From the NCBI GenBank assembly GCA_963704755.1, contig OY969938.1, positions 1,290,001-1,322,000 of the forward strand: DNA of 32,000 nt, in the 5' to 3' direction. Shown in pieces: positions 8,430-17,341 of the stretch. This stretch comes from an uncultured Chloroflexia bacterium (GTDB taxonomy: Bacteria; Chloroflexota; Anaerolineae; Anaerolineales; Anaerolineaceae). Every line of letters begins with the position of its first letter. Within the stretch, counting starts at the first letter, position 1. The notes below the pieces were generated by a model. It did no database searches. It saw nothing but the letters and a program-made list of their open reading frames with translations, and had not been told where the DNA came from. A program made the position numbers and the translations under genes.

Positions 8430-8825
8430 ATGAATGATACCCAAAAGCGCTGGTGGGACGTAACCGCAATTCTTTTGCTCCTGGTAGCGTTTGTAGTTGT
8501 CGCATTTCGATTGAACGATACCAAATGGGCCGATGGCCTCCATATCGTCATTCCGCTGACCCTCCTGGGCTGCCTGCTCGGCTTTGCCCTGGGATACAGC
8601 GGTTTTAACAGGCGCCTGGTCTGGTGGCTCGGCCTGGCGTACACCCTCTTCTTCGTATCCTGGCAACTGACCACGCTGGTTCCGCCGGGCAGCGGTTGGT
8701 CGGTTCGCTATACTTCGCTGCTCGGGGGCTTGTGGAAAGACCTGAACATCTTCCTGAACAACAAGCCCTTATCCGATTCTGTTCCTGTTCATCAGCTTGA
8801 TGTCGATGCTATTGTGGCTCAATAG
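8430..8825 (+). CDS. TgpA-like transglutaminase, N-terminal membrane segment (frame 3; frame lost near 8766-8780)
   Basis: Three clear TM helices (WWDVTAILLLLVAFVVVAF, LHIVIPLTLLGCLLGFALGY, LVWWLGLAYTLFFVSWQL). The tail after ..NNKPL is short and not helix-like. The downstream ORF continues the TM region in the +1 frame. Confidence 0.75.
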   Translation: MNDTQKRWWDVTAILLLLVAFVVVAFRLNDTKWADGLHIVIPLTLLGCLLGFALGYSGFNRRLVWWLGLAYTLFFVSWQLTTLVPPGSGWSVRYTSLLGGLWKDLNIFLNNKPLSDSVPVHQLDVDAIVAQ

Positions 8826-10791
8826 CCTGATTACGGCCTATTCGCTGGTACGCTACGGGCGGCCCTGGCAGGGATTGATCGTTTCTGCGGCCGCGATGGC
8901 TATCATCGATATTTATCACCCGCCCCTGGCGACCAGCGGGATCGCCACCGCGATTTACGCCGTCCTGGCCCTCGTGCTGGTCACGCGAGTGTTTTACCTT
9001 AAGCAGGCTTTTCAATGGCGGGAAGAACGTGTTGCGGAAGATTCCGACACCGGCGGGAACCTGGTCCGGGTCACCTTCCTGGTCGCGGCCATGCTGGTAT
9101 TCGTTTCCTGGAAGGCGCCTTCGGTGGTCAAAGCCTTCGTTCCCGATTCGCCGGCCAGCAATGCCGTGACCGAGGCCTGGAAAAACCTGCGGCACAATTT
9201 CGAAAACCTGACTGCCCCGCTGCACGGCTCGGCCCAGACCGCAGTGGAATACTTTGGCGATACCTTCAGCCTGGGGACGGGCAGCGTGCTCACCGACCAG
9301 ACCATTTTCACCGTCACACCGGGCATCAAACCGTATTCCGGGTTGAGCTATTACTGGCGCATGCGCAGTTACGATACGTATCAGGATGGCGAATGGTCCA
9401 GCACGGTAGGCGAAAATTACGACTACACCCCCGGCTCCAAGCTGGTGTTCAACCAGTACACCGGCCGCACAGAGGTCCAGTTCCAAATTGCACCGGCCAA
9501 GGACCTGAGTATGCTCTTTTCACCAGGGCTGCTCCTTTCCTCCAACCAAAAAGCAAGCCTGTTGGTCAGCCGCGGCGCCGGATTGATTCAGGATATCACG
9601 ACCGTGCAGGTCAACCCGGTTCTCAAAGCCGGAAAGACCTACACGATCAATTCCTCCATCTCGACCGCGACCGTCACAGAAATGGAAGCCGCGGGTACCG
9701 ACTATCCGGATTGGGTGACTCAAACCTATCTGCAGCTTCCCGATAATTTTCCCGCCAGCATTGCCAACCTGGCCAAACAAATTACCACCGGGGCACAGAC
9801 TCCTTACGAGCAGGCCGCGGCGATCACGGACTGGCTGCGCAATAACATCACTTATTCTGCGACCATCCCCGACCCGCCCCCCGGAAGAGACCCCATCGAG
9901 TGGATGCTCTTCGATGAAAAACAAGCCTTTTGCAATTACTATGCGTCCGCTGAAGTGCTCATGCTGCGTTCGTTGGGTGTCCCGGCGCGCTGGGTGGTGG
10001 GGTACGCCCAGGGTGAGCTCATGACCGGGACCGAGCAAACCACCTATCGCGTCCGGGATAAAGACCGCCACGCCTGGCCGGAAGTGTTTTTCCCCGGTTT
10101 AGGTTGGGTGGAATTCGAACCGACCACTTTACAGCCCAACCTGGCCAGGCCGGCCGGCGATACGGGTACAGACAACTCGGGCAGCATCAACACTGCCCCG
10201 CTGGCCCAACCGAACGACCCACGTGAACTGCCCACCAAACCGGCCTTGACCGATTCCTCTCCTTTGCCTTTTTACGACCCAAAATCCAGGTTGTTATATG
10301 CCACAATTCTCATCTTTGGGGCACTGGTCGTTTTTATGATCGGCTTCTTGACCCTGAGCGGGCGCACGAAAAAACGAGTTGTCCCGGAGAAATCCCTGCC
10401 GGTCCTTCTCGAACAACGGCTGCGCAGAAATGGCTATAAGGTGCCTTATCTGATCAGCCAGTGGTCCGATTACATCCAGTTGACCTCCATCGAGCAGGTG
10501 TATTACTGGGTGGCTCACCTGGAGCATTTCCTGGGGATCCGGACGTCGGCGACCTATACGCCTTCAGAACAAATCCGTGCGATCGAACAACTCTTGCCCG
10601 AAACGGCCAAACCCGCCAACCAGTTGCTGCGCGAATACCAGAAGGGCATTTACAGTCCCCACCCGGCCAATGTTCTGCTGGCCCAGGCGGCCATGCGCCA
10701 GATGTGGCGTCTGGCGTTCAACTACCGCCTGCAAAAAGTCTTTAGCTGGTTTAAACGGTTGGGCTCACCCCAAAAGGCTGCCCCCGGATAG
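8797..10791 (+). CDS. TgpA-like transglutaminase, main part (more TM helices, transglutaminase core, C-terminal TM plus helical tail)
   Basis: Core motifs QAFCNYYASAEVLMLRSLGVPARWVVGY (Cys at 9931-9933) and DRHAWPEVFFPGLGWVEFEPT (His/acid). The frame is open from 8758, and the listed start is a TTG. Confidence 0.85.
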   Translation: MMSMLLWLNSLITAYSLVRYGRPWQGLIVSAAAMAIIDIYHPPLATSGIATAIYAVLALVLVTRVFYLKQAFQWREERVAEDSDTGGNLVRVTFLVAAMLVFVSWKAPSVVKAFVPDSPASNAVTEAWKNLRHNFENLTAPLHGSAQTAVEYFGDTFSLGTGSVLTDQTIFTVTPGIKPYSGLSYYWRMRSYDTYQDGEWSSTVGENYDYTPGSKLVFNQYTGRTEVQFQIAPAKDLSMLFSPGLLLSSNQKASLLVSRGAGLIQDITTVQVNPVLKAGKTYTINSSISTATVTEMEAAGTDYPDWVTQTYLQLPDNFPASIANLAKQITTGAQTPYEQAAAITDWLRNNITYSATIPDPPPGRDPIEWMLFDEKQAFCNYYASAEVLMLRSLGVPARWVVGYAQGELMTGTEQTTYRVRDKDRHAWPEVFFPGLGWVEFEPTTLQPNLARPAGDTGTDNSGSINTAPLAQPNDPRELPTKPALTDSSPLPFYDPKSRLLYATILIFGALVVFMIGFLTLSGRTKKRVVPEKSLPVLLEQRLRRNGYKVPYLISQWSDYIQLTSIEQVYYWVAHLEHFLGIRTSATYTPSEQIRAIEQLLPETAKPANQLLREYQKGIYSPHPANVLLAQAAMRQMWRLAFNYRLQKVFSWFKRLGSPQKAAPG

Positions 10792-10798
10792 ATTAAAC

Positions 10799-10847
10799 TT
10801 CAGGTGTTAGTTTTGGGCGGATTTGCCGCTCAAAACTAACACCTGAA
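10799..10847. terminator. 22-bp hairpin between convergent genes (bidirectional terminator; GGTGT..ACACC family)
   Basis: TTCAGGTGTTAGTTTTGGGCGG-atttg-CCGCTCAAAACTAACACCTGAA (one G.T pair), lying between the stops at 10791 (+) and 10858 (-). Confidence 0.75.
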
Positions 10848-10857
10848 AACATTGTTC

Positions 10858-11970
10858 TTATTTACTCGTCCAGGCACGATCGATCAGTCGTAGAACCTGT
10901 TCGATTCCCTGGGCGATTGGGCCGGTCTCGATGAACTCGCGCCGGGTATGCGGGCCGCCGCCGTAGGTAATCCCGAGGCAGACTGCCGTCAAGCCCCGGC
11001 TGAGGGGTACGTTAGCATCGGTCGAGCCGATTTCCAGCATGACCGGCAGGTTCATTTCCTCCAGGCAGCCGGCCGCCAGGCGGACAAAGGGATGGTTGCT
11101 TGCAACTTCCCCGGCCGGCCGGTTGCCGATCGTCTCGACTTTAAAGGTCACCTGCGGGCGCTGCACAGACTGAACCACTTTACGCACTCGCGCAGCCAAC
11201 TTGGAAAGATTAATCTGGTCCTCGGAGCGCAAATCGATCTCACACCAGGCATTGGATGCGATGGTGTTGATCGACACTCCGCCTTCGATCCGCCCAACGT
11301 TTAAGCTCGTGCGAGGCTTGGGCGGGATGGGAATGTCCGCCAGGGCAGTCACCAGCCGCGACAGTTCGTGGATGGCCGAAGGCGAGCCATAATTGACCCA
11401 GGCATGCCCGCCGCCGGTCTCCACCGTGATGCGGTAGCGGATTACCCCCAACCCGCGGTGACAAATCTGCCCCAGGCCAAGCCCTTCCAGAACGACATAA
11501 GCCAGGGCGTCTTCGCCAAAATGGTCGACGACTGCTTTCATCCCGGTCAGGTTGCCCAACCCTTCTTCGCCCACGTTCGCCGCCAGCCAGACCGGCCCGT
11601 CCGGCGTTTGTCGCGTCTGGCTCAACCAGGAGCCGGCGCCCAGGAGGGTCGCCAAACCGAGCGAATTGTCAGCAATACCCGGCCCTTCGATCCGTTCCGC
11701 TTCCTTGGTAAGGGGTAAATCGGCCATATCCGTGTGGACCGTATCCAGGTGGGCCGAGATGATCAGCGGCCGGCCGGGCCCACCCGGCCAACAGCCCAAA
11801 ACATTTCCGGCCAGGTCGCGGTGGACATCCTGCAGCCCCAGGCGCTGCATTTCGTTTTGCACAAATTCGGCCCGTCCAGCCTCGTGGAATGTCGGCGCCG
11901 GCACCTGCTGGATGCGGCAAGCCATATCGATCACGTAATCTTTCAAAGTGTTGGATGTCAAGGTCTTCAT
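10858..11970 (-). CDS. M20-family metallopeptidase / deacylase (ArgE/DapE/PepT-like)
   Basis: Motifs ISAHLDTVH, GIADNSLGLATLL and ANVGEEG. The ATG at 11968-11970 overlaps the upstream stop as ATGA. The 79 codons upstream in the ORF track overlap the kinase gene and look non-coding. Confidence 0.85.
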   Translation of the reverse strand: MKTLTSNTLKDYVIDMACRIQQVPAPTFHEAGRAEFVQNEMQRLGLQDVHRDLAGNVLGCWPGGPGRPLIISAHLDTVHTDMADLPLTKEAERIEGPGIADNSLGLATLLGAGSWLSQTRQTPDGPVWLAANVGEEGLGNLTGMKAVVDHFGEDALAYVVLEGLGLGQICHRGLGVIRYRITVETGGGHAWVNYGSPSAIHELSRLVTALADIPIPPKPRTSLNVGRIEGGVSINTIASNAWCEIDLRSEDQINLSKLAARVRKVVQSVQRPQVTFKVETIGNRPAGEVASNHPFVRLAAGCLEEMNLPVMLEIGSTDANVPLSRGLTAVCLGITYGGGPHTRREFIETGPIAQGIEQVLRLIDRAWTSK

Positions 11971-12983
11971 GCCTTGTGTACCATATCGCGCAGCATGTCC
12001 AGGCGCATGTAGGCCAGGGTAGGCAGCGATTCCAGGGCATAGAATGGTCCGATCCCCTCGACGACCAGGCTGGCCGAGATATTGCCCCGTAAGGCCGCCT
12101 CCAGCGGATCGTAGGTCGAACGCAGCCCGGCCAGGAAACCACCACAGAAAGCGTCCCCCGCCCCGGTCGGGTCGACTACGTGAGCCGGATAGGCCGGGAT
12201 CACCCAACGGTTTTTGTGGCTGTGATCGTACAGGTACTGGCCGCGAGGTCCGCGCTTGATGACGACTTGCTCACAGCCTAACGCGGCCAGGGCTTCGGCC
12301 ATTTCCCACAAATCCGAGCTGCGCCCAAAAAATAAAGACCGCAATTTATCTTCGGAAGTATGGAAGATATTGATCCCGCGCAGGATGGTGGGGATATCCT
12401 CCCAAAAAACGGGCGTCATATAACCGGCGGATGCATCCAGAGAGATGGTGATCACCTGGCCCTGGCGCAAAGCATTCGGCAGCAGCGTATGGCTGAGGAA
12501 ATCCAGGGGGCCGATGTGCGCCGCGGTCGCGTCCAGATAATAATCCGGGTAATCGCTGGTGCGGATGGTGATGTCGCTGGGTTGGGTCCGGCTGTCGATC
12601 TGGTTGCCCGGCTCGACGTAGCCCAGCAAGGTTTTCGGAAAAGCCAGGCCCATGCGCGAAAAGTGCGAGACCGGGTTGGTCACCGCACGTGACTCCAGGT
12701 CGGGGTAGGCGGCGAAATAACGCAGGTCGATGGCTTTGGGTAAAATACGGATGCCCCGGCAGTCGAAACCGCGGGCGGCGAATTTTTCGATCCAATCCTG
12801 GGGATAATCCTCCCCCACCCGGCCGATCAGCCCAATGCTATCGTCCCAAACCCGCAACCCACAGGCCGCGTAAATCAAACTTCCGCCAGCAATATCTAGC
12901 CCAGGTTTCCCACTCAAAGGCAGAATCGTATCTCGCTGCAGTTTTCCGGCAATGACAAATCGAAGAAATGGCGCGCTATCCAA
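11967..12983 (-). CDS. PfkB-family carbohydrate/nucleoside kinase
   Basis: GGSLIYAA near the N-terminus and the DPTGAGDAFCGGFLAGL ATP/anion-hole motif near the C-terminus. The start is a TTG at 12981-12983 with a G-rich stretch upstream. Confidence 0.85.
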   Translation of the reverse strand: MDSAPFLRFVIAGKLQRDTILPLSGKPGLDIAGGSLIYAACGLRVWDDSIGLIGRVGEDYPQDWIEKFAARGFDCRGIRILPKAIDLRYFAAYPDLESRAVTNPVSHFSRMGLAFPKTLLGYVEPGNQIDSRTQPSDITIRTSDYPDYYLDATAAHIGPLDFLSHTLLPNALRQGQVITISLDASAGYMTPVFWEDIPTILRGINIFHTSEDKLRSLFFGRSSDLWEMAEALAALGCEQVVIKRGPRGQYLYDHSHKNRWVIPAYPAHVVDPTGAGDAFCGGFLAGLRSTYDPLEAALRGNISASLVVEGIGPFYALESLPTLAYMRLDMLRDMVHKA

Positions 12984-13098
12984 AACACACCCCCCGCTAA
13001 ATTTTTAGAATCCGGATTGGGTGTTCAAAAGAATATTTAGATTCCCCTACCGGTATTAAAAACGATAAGAAAAATGGCCCGTTATTCTTCAGACAAGC

Positions 13099-13302
13099 TC
13101 ATTTCCTGCTCGAACCAAGGTCACTGATCAGCTTTAACAGGCTGACAACTCCCACCCCTACCTTGACCCCGTCACCGGCTGATAACCGGGGAGCTTGCTG
13201 TGTTTCCTGGGCCCGCTGGACGAACAACAATCCGGCCACGATGCCGGCTACAGCCCCAATGATTGCCCCGATGAGTAAAATTTTGGTCTTCCAGCTTTCC
13301 AT
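13099..13302 (-). CDS. Small membrane protein (hypothetical)
   Basis: 67-aa ORF with one Gly/Ala-rich TM helix (ILLIGAIIGAVAGIVAGLLFV). GAAGGA lies about 11 nt upstream of the ATG. Confidence 0.55.
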   Translation of the reverse strand: MESWKTKILLIGAIIGAVAGIVAGLLFVQRAQETQQAPRLSAGDGVKVGVGVVSLLKLISDLGSSRK

Positions 13303-13465
13303 AATAGTGAATTCCTTCTATTATTGTTTTTGGGTTACTCAGGCTCTGATTAAAAAGTTCCCGAATTTGAGGTTTTTACGGTGCGCGTGCCCGTCAGGCA
13401 GAAAAGTCGTCTTTACCGGTGAACCCGCCGGCTTTGTTTCGAGCCAAAGCCTTGTGGACTCTGGC

Positions 13466-13891
13466 CTAGCGCCTGAACCGCCGCCAGAAAGCCTTCCAAC
13501 CGGCATTCCACTGCCCTACCTTGATCACCGGCGCCGCAATTCCATCCAGGATCGCCGTGGTCTTCTGGTTGACCAGCACGAAAAAGCCATAGATCGTGCG
13601 GAAGACATGCGGCGTTCCATGGATCATCCTGGCCAGCAAGTAGATCATTCCGGCTACCCCGGCGGTGAACAGCAGCAGTGTGCCGATCAAAGGCATCACC
13701 AGCCAGATAGTAGAAATTTCTGCCCATTGAGCGGTCGCACTGTTGCCCGGGCCGGCAGCCACAGCGGCGAAGACGGCCAGGCCAACCACAATCAAACCGG
13801 CGACGGTGAGAGGGAAATAGATCCGCCAAAACGATTGGCGTCGATGTGGAATCGAAGGATCGACTTTTCCCGCCGCGGAAGTATTTTGCAT
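13466..13891 (-). CDS. Hypothetical integral membrane protein (3-4 TM)
   Basis: 141-aa ORF with helices IYFPLTVAGLIVVGLAVFAAVAA, ISTIWLVMPLIGTLLLFTAGVAGMIYLLA and IYGFFVLV. Confidence 0.6.
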   Translation of the reverse strand: MQNTSAAGKVDPSIPHRRQSFWRIYFPLTVAGLIVVGLAVFAAVAAGPGNSATAQWAEISTIWLVMPLIGTLLLFTAGVAGMIYLLARMIHGTPHVFRTIYGFFVLVNQKTTAILDGIAAPVIKVGQWNAGWKAFWRRFRR

Positions 13892-13897
13892 ACCTTT

Positions 13898-13906
13898 ATT
13901 GTAGCA
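13898..13906 (-). promoter_or_regulatory. Extended -10 box (TGcTACAAT) 7 nt from the ATG of the 13891 gene: candidate leaderless promoter
   Basis: The minus strand reads caTGCTACAATaaaggtATG. Six nt separate the -10 hexamer from the A of the ATG. Confidence 0.35.
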
Positions 13907-13990
13907 TGATTGTATTCGCTTCGCGTAGAATTAAGTGCTCTTCAGGCCGGGGGAGTACATTCCCCTTGCTTTTGCCAAAAAGATGTCCAT

Positions 13991-14031
13991 TTCGGTGTTT
14001 TTGTGAGGCTACGCCTTATAAAAACACCGGA
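13991..14031. repeat. 19-bp imperfect hairpin (3 G.T pairs, 3-nt loop), GGTGT..ACACC family, downstream of the malic enzyme gene
   Basis: TTCGGTGTTTTTGTGAGGC-tac-GCCTTATAAAAACACCGGA, about 20 nt past the minus-strand stop at 14053. Confidence 0.55.
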
Positions 14032-14052
14032 ATGAGCTATTGTTGACAGCCG

Positions 14053-15330
14053 CTAGATCCCTGGCAGGCAGTCCAGTTGTTCGCGGTAGGCGTCCAGGTC
14101 GATGGTCCGCCTGGCCACACCCGATTGTATAGCCGCCTGCGCCACTGCCCAGGACTCCCACCGGCAGACCCGCCGGTCCAGTGGCTTGGGCACGATGTAG
14201 TCTTTGCCAAACTCGAGCGTATCGACGCCATATGCAGCCAGTACTTCGGCCGGTACCGGCTGGCGGGCCAGCTCGGCCAGGGCCAGTGAAGCCGCCCGCT
14301 TCATCTCATCATTGATCGCCCGCGCCCGCACGTCCAGGGCCCCGCGAAAGATAAATGGGAAACCCAACACATTGTTGATCTGGTTAGGGTAGTCCGAACG
14401 ACCGGTCGCGACGATTGCATCCGGGCGAACGGATTGGGCCAGTTCGTAGCAGACCTCCGGGTCAGGGTTGGCCATGGCGAAAATGATCGGCCGGGCGGCC
14501 ATACTGCGCAGCATAGGTTCGTCCAGCAAATTGGCCACCGAGACGCCGATGAACACGTCCGCGCCGGCCAGTACCCCGGCCAATTTAGCCGGGCGGTCCC
14601 CCTGGGCAAAGGCTTCTTTCTCAGGGAACATAGCCTCTTTACGGCCCTGAAAGACCAGGCCGGCCACGTCCGTCACCCAGATGTGTTCGCGCGGCACCCC
14701 CAGTTTGAGCAGTTGGTTGGCACAGGCGATCCCGGCTGCACCGGCCCCGGAGAATACGACCTTGATTTCAGCAACCTTTTTATCGACCAGTTCGAGTGCG
14801 TTCAACAGCGCCGCACCCAGGATAATGGCGGTACCGTGCTGGTCATCGTGGAAGACCGGGATGTCCAGCATTTCCTGCAGTTTCTGCTCCACGTAAAAAC
14901 ATTCCGGCGAGCGGATATCCTCCAGGTTGATCCCGCCGAAGCTGGGGGCGATCGCCGCTACGACCCGGACCAGTTCATCCGGGTCGAGGGTATCCACTTC
15001 GATGTCATACACGTCGATTCCGGAGAACTTCTTGAACAGCACAGCCTTGCCTTCCATAACCGGCTTGCTGGCCAGGGCGCCCCGGTTGCCCAGGCCAAGG
15101 ATGGCCGTGCCATTCGAGACAACCGCGACCAGGTTGCCCTTATTGGTGTATTCATACGCCGTCAGCGGATCGCGCTCGATTTCCAGCACCGGGAATGCCA
15201 CCCCGGGCGTGTAGGCCAGGCTGAGGTCGCTCTGCGTGCTGAGCGGCTTGGTCGGGGATACTTCCATCTTGCCCGGCCGGCCGACCAGGTGATGATAAGC
15301 GAGTGCGTCTTCACGGGTTACAGGTTTCAT
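14053..15330 (-). CDS. NAD(P)-dependent malic enzyme (short form, no PTA domain)
   Basis: Motifs [42 protein letters not shown] and [12 protein letters not shown] prefer the ATG at 15328-15330 ([14 protein letters not shown]); the ORF is open to 15369. Confidence 0.9.
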   Translation of the reverse strand: MKPVTREDALAYHHLVGRPGKMEVSPTKPLSTQSDLSLAYTPGVAFPVLEIERDPLTAYEYTNKGNLVAVVSNGTAILGLGNRGALASKPVMEGKAVLFKKFSGIDVYDIEVDTLDPDELVRVVAAIAPSFGGINLEDIRSPECFYVEQKLQEMLDIPVFHDDQHGTAIILGAALLNALELVDKKVAEIKVVFSGAGAAGIACANQLLKLGVPREHIWVTDVAGLVFQGRKEAMFPEKEAFAQGDRPAKLAGVLAGADVFIGVSVANLLDEPMLRSMAARPIIFAMANPDPEVCYELAQSVRPDAIVATGRSDYPNQINNVLGFPFIFRGALDVRARAINDEMKRAASLALAELARQPVPAEVLAAYGVDTLEFGKDYIVPKPLDRRVCRWESWAVAQAAIQSGVARRTIDLDAYREQLDCLPGI

Positions 15331-15423
15331 GAATGGTTTCCTTTCCCCCTTATTGTATACGGTAGCCACCGGCGCGCTCAGTGAATAAACTCCCGAAACG
15401 GCCTGACTCGTTACAGGTTGTTC

Positions 15424-15473
15424 CGGATTTGAGGTATATGCGGGGGCATGGCCTCCGCATATACCTCAAATCC
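15424..15473 (-). terminator. 20-bp perfect hairpin, terminator of the 15476..15781 gene
   Basis: CGGATTTGAGGTATATGCGG-ggcatggcct-CCGCATATACCTCAAATCCG, immediately after the stop at 15476. Confidence 0.7.
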
Positions 15474-15475
15474 GT

Positions 15476-15781
15476 TTATTTTTTAGTTTTTTGTTTGAGC
15501 TCGCAATAGGTGGCCTTGAGAGGCACATCCGGCATGCCCTGCCGGTCGCGATGCATGGCATCGTAGTTGATCGCCCGCGCGCCAATTTTGCCCGTCTCGA
15601 ACACTTTCCAATCGCCTTTGGGTAACTGGTCGTTGCTCGAGGTAAGCACATATCCGATCATGACATCTACGTCATCTTCGCGGGTTCCGTAAACATACGG
15701 CTCGACCACAAACCAGGTCGATTCATAGGCAAAAGAAACAACCCGTATCGTGCTCATCGCAGTGCAGATCCATTGTTGCAT
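15476..15781 (-). CDS. Hypothetical protein (about 93-101 aa)
   Basis: The ORF has a plausible globular sequence (STIRVVSFAYESTWFVVEPYVYGTREDD...) and ends in its own strong terminator. I recognise no motif. The start is uncertain (15781 or 15757). Confidence 0.5.
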   Translation of the reverse strand: MQQWICTAMSTIRVVSFAYESTWFVVEPYVYGTREDDVDVMIGYVLTSSNDQLPKGDWKVFETGKIGARAINYDAMHRDRQGMPDVPLKATYCELKQKTKK

Positions 15782-15850
15782 CGGTTTTCACTCACAGTTG
15801 AACAGGATTTGGTGATTATTCGACACTCCTCACGCGGAGGAATGCTTTTG

Positions 15851-16471
15851 CTAAGCGACAATCTTGAAAATTTCCTCAGCCGGTATGGCTCCCTGGCGCA
15901 AAATGCGTACATCGGCGCCGGTGCAGTCCACAACCGTGGAGGGCACCCCACCCGGGCAGGTTCCGCCGTCCAGGATCAGGTCCAGGCGCCCATCGAGCTG
16001 CGCTGACACCTCTTCCGCCGTCTTCGCATCGCTCGCACCTGACAGGTTAGCCGAGGTGGTAGCCAGCGGGCCGGCGGCTGTGAGGAGTTGGATGGCGAAA
16101 AGATGGTCGGGCATGCGCACCCCAATAGTCGGGTAAGCGGAAAGGTTCGCCGGCAGGTCCGCCCGCCGCGGCAGGATGAGGGTCAGCGCGCCTGGCCAAA
16201 AGCGGGCGGCTAGTTTTTCGGCCGAGGGAGTCAGGCTGGCAGCGATATCCAGGAGATGTCCCGGATCGCCGATCAACACGGCCACGGCTTTACTCATATC
16301 GCGATCCTTGGCCGCATAGATCTTGTCGATGGCCGCTGCGCTATGCGGGTTGGCTGCCAGCCCATAAACCGTATCGGTGGGAAAGGCCACCAGGCCACCC
16401 AGGCGAATGACTTCCAGGGCGCGTTGAATGGATTGTGGATCCTGGATTGAAATAATCTCGGTGTGGGCCAT
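15851..16471 (-). CDS. tsaC: L-threonylcarbamoyladenylate synthase (YrdC/YwlC/TsaC family)
   Basis: Motifs PTDTVYGLAANP, KDRDMSKAVAVLI and TTSANLSGA. The gene sits downstream of prfA-prmC, as in many bacteria. Confidence 0.85.
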   Translation of the reverse strand: MAHTEIISIQDPQSIQRALEVIRLGGLVAFPTDTVYGLAANPHSAAAIDKIYAAKDRDMSKAVAVLIGDPGHLLDIAASLTPSAEKLAARFWPGALTLILPRRADLPANLSAYPTIGVRMPDHLFAIQLLTAAGPLATTSANLSGASDAKTAEEVSAQLDGRLDLILDGGTCPGGVPSTVVDCTGADVRILRQGAIPAEEIFKIVA

Positions 16472-16486
16472 AATTTGGATTGTACC

Positions 16487-17341
16487 TCAAGAATTGCGCT
16501 GAATCCGAACGACGCGATCTTTTCCGCTCAAATCCCGCAAGGTCGTCACGTCCGAATCTGGCAGCCAGCGACAGACTTCGAGCTGGACCTGCCTGGCTTG
16601 CCCGGCTTCGATCTCCAGAAGTAGCAAGCCGCCTTCGGCCAGCCAACGCGGTGAATCGGCCAGCAGCCGGCGAATCAACCCCAGGCCATCCGAGCCGCCA
16701 TCCAGGGAGATGCCGGGCTCGCTGCGGGCGACCTCCAGGTCGCTCAAATCCAGGGTCGGGATATAAGGCAGGTTCGCCGTAATCAGCGAAAAAGGCGCCT
16801 TAAATGCCGTCAACAGGTCACAACAGGCTAACCTGACCTGGCCGCCAATATTGTATTTTTGGATATTCCTCTCGGCTACGCGCAGTGCTTCCCAGGAGCG
16901 GTCCACTGCCAGGGCATGCAGACCGGGCTGGTTGACGACCAGACTGATCGCGATACAGCCGGAGCCGGTACCCACGTCCACCATTTCACGGTTTTTGGGG
17001 TGGCTGCGCTGCCATTCCAGAGCTTGTTCGACCAACAGTTCGGTCTCGGGGCGCGGGATGAGCACGTCCGGGCTCACTTCGAATTCCAGGCCATAAAACT
17101 GCCAGCGGCCAACCAGATAGGGCAGCGGTTCACCCCGGGCCAGCCGCTCCAGCAGATTATTCAATCGATCCAACAGGCCCGGATCGATCACTTTTTCTGG
17201 GTGAGCCAGCAGCCCTGCCCGCGACATCCCGCTGACGTGGCCCAACAGTACCTGGGCTTCCAGGCCGGGTTGCTCGTGCCCGATCAGCCGGCGTTTAGCG
17301 CCGGCCAACCACTCCCCAATTTCAATCTTCGAACTCCTCAT
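16487..17341 (-). CDS. prmC: Release-factor glutamine N5-methyltransferase
   Basis: SAM motif VDVGTGSGCIAISL and the catalytic-loop variant ITANLPYIP (NLPY in place of NPPY). The ATG at 17339-17341 overlaps the end of prfA by 20 nt. Confidence 0.85.
   Translation of the reverse strand: MRSSKIEIGEWLAGAKRRLIGHEQPGLEAQVLLGHVSGMSRAGLLAHPEKVIDPGLLDRLNNLLERLARGEPLPYLVGRWQFYGLEFEVSPDVLIPRPETELLVEQALEWQRSHPKNREMVDVGTGSGCIAISLVVNQPGLHALAVDRSWEALRVAERNIQKYNIGGQVRLACCDLLTAFKAPFSLITANLPYIPTLDLSDLEVARSEPGISLDGGSDGLGLIRRLLADSPRWLAEGGLLLLEIEAGQARQVQLEVCRWLPDSDVTTLRDLSGKDRVVRIQRNS

Noticed and set aside
14434-15384. 316-aa ORF antisense to the malic enzyme gene
   Set aside because: It is a shadow ORF. The opposite strand carries unmistakable malic-enzyme motifs along its whole length.
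17322-17341. The 20-nt prfA/prmC overlap as something unusual
   Set aside because: Short overlaps and the prfA-prmC-tsaC order are common and ordinary. I note only the NLPY variant of the NPPY motif.
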